Assembly: GCF_009914755.1 (NCBI RefSeq)
Contig: NC_060940.1
Strand: one strand, 5' to 3'
DNA: 64,000 bases
Source of the DNA: the human T2T-CHM13v2.0 reference genome, Homo sapiens
Positions 1 through 11,039 of the stretch are shown here, in pieces. Numbering within the stretch: position 1 is the first letter of the stretch; every line of letters starts with the position of its first letter. Below the pieces are notes generated by a model that worked only from the letters and a program-made list of their open reading frames with translations, did not search any database and was not told the origin of the DNA. The position numbers were made by a program, and so were the translations under genes.

Positions 1-67
1 CAGCCTGTTCATTGGTGTTAAGATAACTCCCTCTCCCAGAAGCCTTGGCTAAGCACACTGTCGAGGC

Positions 68-293
68 CAGTGCTTCTCAATAGGTGGGTGACTTTGTCCT
101 CCTCACCCCCAGGGACACTTGGTAATATCTGGAGACATTTTGGGTTACTGCAATTGGATGGTATGCTACTGGCACCTATGGGCAGAAGCCAGGGATGCTG
201 TTTCACACCCTGCAGCAAACAAGACAGCCCTGTCCACCCAACAAAGAATTGTCTGGCCACAACATTACTAAAGCTGAGGCTGAGGGAAGTTGG
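68..293 (+). mobile_element. MER20 (hAT-Charlie) DNA transposon fossil
   Basis: CAGTGCTTCTCAA...TCTGGAGACATTTTGG...CCAGGGATGCTG...ACAAAGAATT resembles the MER20 consensus. Confidence 0.75.
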
Positions 294-366
294 TCTAGGC
301 TACATGTTTTTCTCTTTACAGAGAAAATGACCCATCATGTCTCCTAATAGAGAAACGCTGCTTCCG

Positions 367-722
367 GCCGAATGACAAGAGCTCACGCCTGTAATCCCGA
401 CACTTTGGGAGGCCAAGGCAGGTGGATCACTTGAGGTCAGGAGCTCGAGACCAGCCTGGCCAACATGGTGAAACCTCGTCTCTACTAAAAATACAAAAAT
501 TTTTAGTAGAAATTTAGTAGAAATTTTTAGTAGAAATTTAGTAGAAATTTAGAATAAGCCAGGTGTAGTGGCACACACCTGTAATCCCAGCTACACAGGA
601 AGCAGAGGCAGGAGAAGTGCTTGAACCCGAGAGGCAGAAATTGCAGTGAGCTGAGATCATGCCACTTCATTCCAGTCTGGGCCACAGAGCAAGCCTCTCA
701 AAAAAAAAAAAAAAAAAAAAAA
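367..722 (+). mobile_element. Alu with expanded linker
   Basis: Both arms plus A-tail; extra TTTAGTAGAAA copies in the linker. Confidence 0.9.
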
Positions 723-759
723 GCTGCTTCCCAGATTGGGCAACAGAAATACGAGTGGT

Positions 760-1110
760 GTGCAGAATGAGTGTGTAAATATAGGTGCATAGGAACATGG
801 GGAGGGTGAATCCATGACATGAGGGGAGGTGTGCACGGAGGGGTATGTGTGCACACAGGTGTGTCTGTGCCCAGGTTGTGTGTGTGTGCGTGCATGCATG
901 TACTTGTGCGATGTATGAATCAGTGCCTATAAGTGTGTGCATCGTGTGCAAGTGGCACGTGTGATGTGGGCGTGTAAGACAGGAAATTGTGTGGATAAGC
1001 AATGTATGGGATGATGGGTACTGACAGGTGCGGGAGTGGATTTTGTGTCTCTAGAGTGTAAGTGACTGGCTTGTGTGTGTCACTGTATAGAGAATAAGTT
1101 GTATGTGGAA
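760..1110. repeat. Degenerate (TG)n low-complexity tract
   Basis: Many TGTG runs. Confidence 0.75.
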
Positions 1111-1186
1111 ACAGGAGGAGAAAGGAAGGGACCCAAGGCATGAGCCACCATTTTGGTTTCCCAGGGTGGCCCACGCCCCGACTTAC

Positions 1187-1315
1187 CACTCCGGAGGCCT
1201 GCTGGGCAGCGTTGGTAGCTGGCAAGACAAAGCAGAGAAGCCAGTAACCAAACAGCACTCCAGATGACTGGACTCCCTTTTTCCTCTCGGTGTGAATCAG
1301 GAACACTGCGAAGCT
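1187..1315 (-). pseudogene. ABCC6P2: ABCC6-type exon 4 (129 nt)
   Basis: [43 protein letters not shown]; CAG acceptor, GTAAGT donor. Confidence 0.9.
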
Positions 1316-1454
1316 CTGGACGGGAAAGTCAGGGAGGCCCCTTAGGGGAGGGTGGGAGGCTGAGGGGAGCCTCTTCTCTTCCCCTTGTTCTCCACTGTGG
1401 CAGGCAAAGCAGCAGCTGGGAGGAAGCCGGGCTCCAGACTGAAGGCATCATTAC

Positions 1455-1580
1455 CATCGTGGTGAGCCACACAGTAGGATGAATGAGGAATTCTGGGGCC
1501 TCAGGCGTTCCCTGTTGGATTTTCCAAAGAGCGACAGCCACGCTGGAGGTACACAGGACTATGAGGGTGAATCCAAGCAC
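1455..1580 (-). pseudogene. ABCC6P2: ABCC6-type exon 3 (126 nt)
   Basis: [42 protein letters not shown] between CAG and GT. Confidence 0.9.
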
Positions 1581-2127
1581 CTGAGGATACAGGCTTAGAT
1601 AAGCTTGGGGGGCAATAAGAGAGGTCACAGCAAACTGGTAAGCAGCCCCATGTCCAACTGGGAGCTGGTTCTGCAACATCCTGGCTGATACTGAGTATAC
1701 CAGGGTCACCAGCTAGCAACGTGCCAATGTGAACAATGTGTAAAGGGCATTGCAGATCACTCCTGACCTGTAACTGTCATATAAATAATGCACAGGAAGG
1801 GCTTGAGCCAACCGAGTGTTTTCCAAAATGCAGGAAGTGCTCCAATCGTGCACATATGAGATGACTCTGGGTATGGAGAAACAGCAGGAAATGAAATGTA
1901 CTCACCAGGTAAAAAACTATCCTTTCTCCAAGTCATTTTTCAATCCCTGCTATGAAATCAAGGAGCAACTCTCTGTTGGGCCAGTAAGTCTCTAGGGTCT
2001 CTCTAATATATTTTGGTTTCTCTATTGAATAAAAGAAAGGAAGAAAATGAGAGAACGTGGGCACACCAGAGGGAAGGCCAGAGCTAGGTTACGTTGGAGT
2101 AACTGCTCAAAGAACCTCAGTTTAAAG

Positions 2128-2700
<573 letters not shown>

Positions 2701-2838
2701 TTGGTGGTGGGTGATAATGTAAAAATTAATACAATGGCAGAAGAATGAATGAACTCTGAAGAACATTCTTTGGAAGTCTACAAGAATGGAGTAGAAGAGG
2801 ATGGATGAGCAGAAAGGCTCACACTTGGAATGCCAGTG

Positions 2839-2844
2839 TTTATT
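2839..2844 (-). terminator. Candidate intronic polyadenylation signal AATAAA for the URG7-type transcript
   Basis: TTTATT on +, ~355 nt past the URG7-type stop, followed on the minus strand by GT/T-rich sequence. Confidence 0.5.
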
Positions 2845-3199
2845 TAACACACTAAGGTAAATACATATCACATATAAAAATTGTCCTATAATACAGCTAG
2901 TGGGGAAACATAAAAATAAATGCATAACTTTTTAAAAGGTTCATCCTAATGTGGCCCTAAAATTACCTTGTGTATCCAAGAGTCTACATGGTATGTTTTG
3001 GAAAATGCCAGGTTATGGTAGCTATAAACTGTCCAGGAACATGGGAGTGTATGCGTATGTTTGCGCATGCGTGGATTTTCGGAATTACAAAATCTGTTTG
3101 GGAGAACCGTGTTCCACTGAGTTGACCTCTGTAGCCTTTCTAATATTGCTCTGTTTGATTAACAGATTCCCTTCTACACCCCGATAGGAGGAGTCTACT

Positions 3200-5064
3200 T
3201 TAAGACTTCACCAGGTTCCAGCCTGTCCCCTGCCTCCCCCCACCATTGCCTGGTTCCAGGCTCCCAGGGATGGCAGCTACCATCTTGGCTTTGAAGAGTG
3301 GGGACATCTGGAGGTAGCCCCGGCCATGGTGGTGGATGAAGAGGAGGTAGATGGGACCAAGGACCCAGAGGTACATGGGGGGCACCCAGACCCCTGCTGT
3401 TCTCAGGAAGCACAGGCTCAGCAGGCTGGTGGCGGCAGGTTCAGGCTCTGTCTGGTTCCAGACCTGAGGGAACACAAAGAGGACCCTTAGGATGGTACAA
3501 GGCAGGGGTCCCCAGCTCACCTGCCTGGGGGGCCAGGCAACTTTTTGGATCTTTAACATTTACACAAAAATGTGCCAAGTACTCTTTGGAATACCTACTA
3601 ATTCTCAATTCCTTTCATCCTGACATTAACCCTAGGTAGTTGCAATTATATTGATATGCAGATGAAGAAGCTGAGGACCAGAGAGGTTGAGTAACTTTGC
3701 TGACTTTACCCAGCTGAGGAGTGGAAGGGCTGGGATTTGAACCCAGGGAACTGGGCCATGTGGTCTAGGAGACCTGGGCTCCATAATCATTGCTAGGCAT
3801 GGACTGTCAGTTAATCCTTATAACAACTCCAGGATGCAGACAGTACTGTCTCCATTTCAGAAACCAGCAGACTGAGGCACCAATCAGGGAACTGCCTCCC
3901 CCAGGGACACACAAATGGGAAGTGGCAAAGCTGACTCTGACCCAGGCTTATCTGACCCCAAACCTCGTTCAACTGGTGGTCTTGATGTATGATTTATTTT
4001 TATTTTTTATTATTAATTAATTTATGTTTTAGAGACAGGGTCTCACTCTGTTGCCCAGGCTGAAGTGGCACAATCAAAGCTCAACAAAGCTTCGAATTTC
4101 CTGGGCTCAAGCAATCCTCCCACCTCGGCCTCCCAGAGTGCTGGGATTACAGGCATAAGCCGCCTCACCAGGCCTGGCTAATTTTTTTTTTATGTTTTGT
4201 AGAGATGGGGGTCTCTCTATGCTGGTCTCGATCTCCTGGCCTCAAGCAATCCTCCTGCCTCAGCCTCCTAGGTACTGGGATTACAGGCAAGAGCCACCGG
4301 CCCAGCTTGATCTGTTATTTTCATCTCAGCAGGTCTGCTGGTCCTATCTAACCCTAGAAGAAATTTGAAGTTTAGTGGACGTGGCCTCTTCAATTCTCTC
4401 TCCGCTGTCTTTTTACTCCTCCTGGTTTCACAACTCACCGGCTGTGCAAACTTTAACCTCTCTGTATCTCAGTTTCCTTCCCTGCAAAAGGGGGATAACG
4501 AGACTCTACCTCTATGAGTTGTATTAAATGGATGAATAGCAGCAAAGTTCATAGCAGCATGGCACAAGGTTGGGCACAAGGCTAGGCACAGAGAAAGCCC
4601 TCAGTTCATTGCCAGTTTATTGCTTCAACTCCCTGGCCCTCGAAATGCTGGCAGTTTGCAACCCCCACCCCCACTCCATGAACTCCACTCCCTGGAGTCC
4701 TTTGCTAAGAGCAATGGAAAAAGAAACCAGAGAGGTAAGGGCTCTCCGGGGGTAGGAGGGCTTGGGGGACCCACTAGCTTTATGCAAAGAAGGGTCAAAG
4801 CCCCTAGTAGCTGGGAGGTCTGGTGGCCCCTTAAATAGAGCTGGGCTCTCGGCTGCTGGCTTGGTGAAAGAAATCCAACCCGCTGCAGTGAGGGGGCCGG
4901 AGTAAGTCTCCTCGCTTCCCGGGTCCAGGAATTTGGGGGTCTCTCCTCTCCCCAGTATCGCAGCCCGAGAGATCTGCAGCCAAACCAAGCCTGGAAAAGG
5001 AGAGTGGGGCGCGATGGGGGGCACTCACCCCCTGCCCCGCGCAGGGCTCAGCAGGCGCGGCCAT
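3200..5064 (-). CDS. URG7-like 99-aa ORF: join(5064..5029, 3463..3200), exon 2 read through into intron 2
   Basis: 36+264=300 nt; ends [29 protein letters not shown] (3202-3200), like the short ABCC6 isoform URG7. Translation from this copy is not shown by sequence. Confidence 0.55.
3281..3463 (-). pseudogene. ABCC6P2: ABCC6-type exon 2 (183 nt)
   Basis: CAG acceptor 3466-3464; VWNQTEPEP...[13 protein letters not shown]; GT donor at 3280. Confidence 0.9.
4010..4305 (-). mobile_element. AluJ-like
   Basis: Diverged antisense Alu. Confidence 0.85.
5029..5064 (-). pseudogene. ABCC6P2: ABCC6-type exon 1 coding part (36 nt)
   Basis: ATG at 5064-5062, [18 protein letters not shown] donor from 5028. 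Confidence 0.9.
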
Positions 5065-5217
5065 CGGCGCCTTCTGTCGTCGTGGGTCCCAGCGTCTGTC
5101 TGTCGCTAAGTCTCTGGGCAGACTGCTCGGCCGCGATCCTGCCGGAGAAGAGGCGGGGCTGGGCTGGTCGGGCTGGGCTGGTCCGGCTGGGATTCGAGCT
5201 CCAGGATCGGGAGGCCC

Positions 5218-5230
5218 CGGGCAAGGTCCA
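5218..5230. promoter_or_regulatory. DR1-like HNF4A element (CGGGCAAGGTCCA), -166/-154 from the ATG
   Basis: Degenerate DR1 motif; position agrees with my recollection of the HNF4A site in the ABCC6 promoter. Confidence 0.6.
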
Positions 5231-5974
5231 GCTGCGCGGCGGGAGTGAGGCCACGGGAGGTGAAAACAGGCGAGGTGGGGGATGGGGGAAGAGAGGCGCT
5301 CGGGGAGCTGGGACGGGCACCGGGTTGGGGGGTCCCGGAACCCCTGAAAGTTCAGTGACACCTCCAGAGTTCCCTCTTCCCCCTGCAACAAGAATCACTC
5401 CAAACTTCCCAAACACTTTGGACCCAGCAATTTCCAGGAGTTCATCCTGATGAGAGAACTGAAAGGTGTGCACACGTTAGTAACAAGGAGGCCTGGTGAC
5501 CGCCTAAGCGTCCAATCCCGGGGACCACCGGGTCGAGGCCGAGAGGATGGAGACCGCGTCACAGGCACCTCGCTGCTGGAATGGAGGGTGGTGGGGAGAA
5601 CTTAGAAGATTATGCAATGGGCTGGCAGGGCTATACCCAGCCGCCCTGGTAAGCAGAAACTCAAGAAACCTCTAGGGTCCTGTTTTCTGGTCGTATGATC
5701 CCAGGAGTGCACATGGGCCCCTCGGGTGTCTGAACAGAAGGGCATAGGAGGGAGGGCCGCAGCCCTGCAGTCTTACTCTGCTGGTGTAGCGGTCACCTGC
5801 CAACTCCCACCCCACCCTGCACCGCGGGCTCCTGAGTCGGCAGATTAAGCATTTTATAAATTCTATTTTAAATACGTGTTTTAAACTTGTCAGATATTTG
5901 TCGTCATTTCAGTCCCTGCGCCTCTACCTCTTGCTGTGGTCGCTTATTTAACACTGGGGGGCTACGTTCTGCTA

Positions 5975-8900
5975 AGTCCCAGGGAGAGACTGTTCCTAAT
6001 ATCCGAGGGAGATATTATTCCTAATATCACGCTGGGTGAACACCACGTGTGTACAGCCTCTGATACGATTGGTAATATCCAAGGGAGATATTATCCTAAC
6101 ATCCCAGTGGGTGAACACCATGTGTGTAAACGCTGTGGTATTATTAGAAATATCCAAGGGAGATATTACTTCTAATATCACAGTGGGTGTACATCCTGTG
6201 ATATTATTCGTAATATCCGAAGGAGATTTTACTCCTAATATCACAGTGGGAGTACACACTGTGATATTATTTGTAATATCCGAGGGAGATTTTACTCCTA
6301 ATATCACAGTAGGTGTACAACCTGTGATATTATTCATAATATGCTAGAGATATATTACTCCAAATCTCATGGTGGGTGTACACTCTGTCATAGAATTCGT
6401 GATATCCTAGGGAGTTATTACCGCTAATATCACAGTGAGAGTACACCCTGTGATATTATTCATACTATCCTAGAAAGATATTACTTTTAATATCACAGAG
6501 GGTGTACACCCTGTGATATTATTCGTAATATTCTATGAAGATATAACTCCTGATATAACCGTAGGTGTATACCCTGTGATATTATTTGTTATATCCTAGG
6601 GAGATACTACACCTAATACCACAGTGGGTGTACACCCTGTGATATGATTTGTAATATCCTAGGGAGATATAACTCCTAATATCACAGAGGGAGTACACCC
6701 TGTAATATTATTCATAATATCCTAGAAAGATAATACTTTTAATATCACAGTGGGTGTACACTCTGTGATAATATTCGTAATTTCCTAGGGAGATACTACT
6801 CCTAATATCACCTAGAGTGTACACTGCGTGATATTATTCGTAATATCGTAGGGAGCTATTGCTTTTAATTTCACAGTGGGTGTATACCCTATGATATTAT
6901 TCATAATATCTTAAGAAGGTAGTACTCCTAAAATCACAGTGCCTGTACACACTGTGATATTATTCATAATATTCTAGGGAGATGTTACTCCTAATCTCAT
7001 AGTGGGTGTACACCTTGTGATACTATTTGTAATGTTCTAGAAAGATATTCCTTTTAATATCACAGTGGGTGTACACCCTGTGATATGATTCGAAATATTC
7101 TAGGGCGATATTACTCCTAATATCCCAGTGAATTTACACCATGCGTGTACACGCTGTGACCTCCCAGAAAGATATGACTCCTAATATCACAGTGGGGGTA
7201 CACCCTGTGCTATTATTTGTAATACCCTATGGATATCATAATATCACAATGAACGTACACCATTGTGTACATGCTGTGATATTATTTGTAATATTTTTGG
7301 GTGATATTACCCCTAATGTCACAGTGCGTGTACATCTTTTGATATTATTTGTAATATTCTGTGGAGATATTGCCCCTAATATCACAGTGGGTGTATACTC
7401 TTTGATACTATTCGTAACATCCTGGAAGATATTATCCATATTGTCACGGTGGGTGTACACCCTGTGATATTATTCGTTATATTCTGGGGATATACTATTA
7501 CCCCTAATATACTGTGGGTGTACCCCCTGTGATATTATTCACTATATCTTGGAGATATAATATTACCCCTAATATCACAGTGGGTGTATACTTTGTGATA
7601 TTATTCATTATATCCTGAAGAGATATTATTTCCTTTAATATCACAGTGCATGTACACCTTGTGATATTATTTGTTATATCCTGGGGAGATACTACTATAT
7701 TACTCCTAGTATCACAGTGGCTGTACGCCTTGTGATACTATTCATTATATCCTGGGGAGATATTATTACTCCTAATATCACAGTAAGTGTATACCCTGTG
7801 CTATTATTCATAATATCCTGGGAGATATTACCCGTATTGTCACAGTGGGTGTACATCCTGTAATATTATTTGTAATATCCTGGGGAGATATTATTACTCC
7901 TAATAGCACAGTGGGTGTACACCCTGTGATATTATTGGTTATATCCTGGGGAGGTATTATTATTCCTAATATCACAGTGGGTGAACATTCTGTAATATTA
8001 TTCATTATATTTTGGGGAGATATTAATTCCTCTAATATCACAGTGGGTGTACACCCTGTGATATTATTCATTATATCCTGGGAAGATATTAATTCCTCTA
8101 ATATCACAGTGGGTGTACACCCTGTAATATTATTCATTATATCCTGGGAAGATATTATTTCCTCTAATATCACAGTGGGTGTACACCCTGTGATATTATT
8201 TGTTGTATCCTGGGGAGATATTATTATGTCTCATATCACAATGGGTGAACACCCTGTGATAGTATTCGTTATATTTGGGGAAGATGTTATTACCCCTAAT
8301 ATCACAGTGGTGTACACCCTGTGATATTATTCATTACATCCTAGGGAGATATTGTTACCCATAATATCACAGTGGATGTACACCCTGTCATATTATTCGT
8401 TATATCCTTGAGAGATGTTACTACCCCTAATATCACAGTGGGTGTATACCCTGTGATATTATTCGTCAAATTTTCTGGAGATATTATTACCCATAATATC
8501 ACAGTGTGTGTACCCACTGTGACAGTATTGATTATATCTTGGGGTGATATTACTCCTAATTTCACAGTGGCTGTATCCCTGTGTTTACACCCTGTGATGT
8601 TATTCATAATATTTTAGGGAGATATTACTCCTAATATCACAGTCAGTGTACACCATGTTTGTACACCCTATGATATTATTTGTAATATTTTAGGGAGATA
8701 TTACCCCTAATATCGTTGTGGGTGTACAGCATGTTTGTAAACACTGTGATATTATTCATAATATCTGAGAGAGATATTACTGCCAATATCACAGTGGGTG
8801 TACACCCTGTACACCGTGTGATACGATTCATAATATCTGAGGGAGATATTACTCCCAGTATCACAGTGGGTTTACACCCTGTGGTATTATTCATAATATT

Positions 8901-10348
8901 CGAGGGAGATATTACTCTCAATATCACAGTGGATGTACACCCTGTGATATTATTTGCAATATCCGAGGGAAACATTACTGCTAATATCACAGTGGGAGTA
9001 CACCCTGTGATATTATTTGTTTTATCCTGGAGACATATTATTCCTATTATCACAGTGGTTGTACACCCTGTGATATTCTTCGCTATATTCATGGAAGATG
9101 TTATTACCCCTAATATCACAGTTGGTGTACACCCTGTGATATTATTCGTTATATCCTGGGGAGATATTATTACCCCTAGTATCACAGTGGGTGTACGCCC
9201 TGTCATATTATTCATTACATCATGGGAAGATATTATTACATCTAATATCACTGTGGGTGTACACCCTGTGATATTATTTATTATATCCTGGTGAGATGTT
9301 ATTACTGCTAATATCACAGGGTGTGTCAAATTTTCTGGAGATATTATTACCCTTAATATCACAGTGGGTGTGCACCCTGTGTGTACACTCTGTAATATTA
9401 TTCATAATATTTTAGGGAGATATTACTACTAATATCACAGTGGGTGTACACCCTGAGGAGATATTACTTCCTCTGATATCACAGTGGGTGTACACCCTCT
9501 CATATTATTCGTTATGTGCTAAGTAGATATTATTACCCCTAATATCACAGTGGGTGTACACCCTGTGATGTTATTCCTTATATCCCAAGAAGATATTATT
9601 ATAACTAATATCACAGTGGGTGTACACCCTATGATATTATCTGTTATATACTGGGGGGATATTATTTGTAATATTTTAGGGAGATACTACTCCTAATATC
9701 ATAGTGGGTGTACTCATATTTTACAGATATATTACTTTTAATATCACAGTGGGTGTACACCCTGTGTGTACACCCTGTAATATTATTAGTAATATTTTAG
9801 GGAGATATTACTCCTAATATCATAGTGGGTATACACCATGTTTGTAAACCCCAGGATATTATTCATAATATCCGAGGGAGATATTACTCCCAATATCACA
9901 GTGGGTTTACACCCTATGATATTATTTGTAATATCTGAGGCAGGTATTACTCTCCATATCACAGTGAGTGTACACCCTTCTATATTATTCATAACATCCG
10001 AGGGAGATATTACTTCCAATATCAAAGTGGGTGTGATAATATCTGAGGGAGATATTATTCCTAATATCCGTGGGAGATATTATTCCTAATATCTCAGTGG
10101 GTGTACCGCGTCACAGTGGGTGTGCACTGTGTGATATTATTCATAGTATCCAAGGGAGATCTTACTCCTAATATCACAGTGAGTGTACACCCTGTGATAT
10201 TATTCATTATATTTGAGGGTGATTTTACTCCTGATATCACAGTGAGTGTATACCCTGTGATATTATTCTAATACCCAAGGGAGAGCTTTCTCCTAATATC
10301 ACAGTGGGTGTACACTCTGTGATATGTTTCATAATATCCGAGGGAGAT
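5975..10348. repeat. AT-rich palindromic satellite array, SATR1/SATR2-like, ~65-70 units of 63/66/76 bp
   Basis: Unit approx CTAATATCACAGTGGGTGTACACCCTGTGATATTATTCGTAATATCCTAGGGAGATATTACTC; period 63 (6181, 6244, 6307) and 66 (8041, 8107, 8173). Family name from memory. Confidence 0.9.
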
Positions 10349-10500
10349 AGGATGGAGACCACGTCACAGTCCCCTCACTGCTGGAATGGACACTGTCTAC
10401 CCGTGGAGTGGTGGGGAGAACTTAGTGAGATTATGCAAGCGTTTAGCACACTGCCAGATATACATTAAATGCTCAGAAGACTTAGCTTTTATTACTACCG
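10349..10500 (+). mobile_element. MIR fragment
   Basis: GTGAGATTATGCAAGCGTTTAGCACACTGCC...AAATGCTCA...TTAGCTTTTATTA resembles the MIR 3' half. Confidence 0.6.
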
Positions 10501-10550
10501 TTATAATTGAGGCCATGGGTTACTAACCAGTGGTTTAAAATGCCATTGCA

Positions 10551-10847
10551 GCTGGGCACGGTGGCTCATGCCTGTAATCCCAGCACTTTGGGAGGCTGAT
10601 GAGGGCGGATCACTTGAGGTCAGGAGTTTGTGACCAGCCTGGCAAACATAGTGAAACCCCGTTTCTACTAAAAATACAAAAATTAGCTGGGTGTTTTGGT
10701 GCGTGCCTGTAGTTTCAGCTTCTCAGGAGGTTGAGGCAGGAGAATCGCTTGAACCTGGGAGGCGAAGGTTGCGGTGAGCCAAGATTGTGCCACTGCACTC
10801 CAGCCTGGGTGACAGAGCGAGACTCTGTCTCAGAACAAACAAACAAA
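10551..10847 (+). mobile_element. AluS
   Basis: Full length; AAAATGCCATTG on both sides (TSD). Confidence 0.9.
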
Positions 10848-11039
10848 ATGCCATTGAAGACATATATGAATATGAAAAGGTGGTTGCTAAGTGATGATTG
10901 AATAAAAGAGATTATAATATAAAATAGGCTTTGGTTTTTTTAAAGCAAAAAAGAAAAGGATATGCCTAAATTAGGGAACATGGAGAAGAAGGCCAAGGCA
11001 TTTACCTTCCTCTCTTGAGTCTTTTTCTCTCTCCGTCTC

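Larger units (their letters stand above)
5000..5580 (-). promoter_or_regulatory. CpG-rich ABCC6-type promoter/exon 1 region
   Basis: High GC and CpG density around exon 1; GC-box-like GAGGCGGGGC near 5150. Confidence 0.75.

Noticed and set aside
657-1002. His/Thr-rich minus-strand ORFs
   Set aside because: Translation of CA-rich low-complexity sequence and an Alu tail.
4831-5473. Long overlapping ORFs (186, 148, 141 aa) at the ABCC6-type promoter
   Set aside because: Stop-poor GC-rich CpG island; only the 12 exon-1 codons are recognisable.
5936-10089. ORFs in the satellite as protein-coding genes
   Set aside because: Explained by 63/66-bp periodicity; frequent stops and frameshifts between units, open on both strands, no splice or promoter support.
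5975-10348. CRISPR-like array of palindromic repeats
   Set aside because: The sequence between palindromes is itself repeated, there are no unique spacers and no cas genes, and the context is human; it is a satellite.
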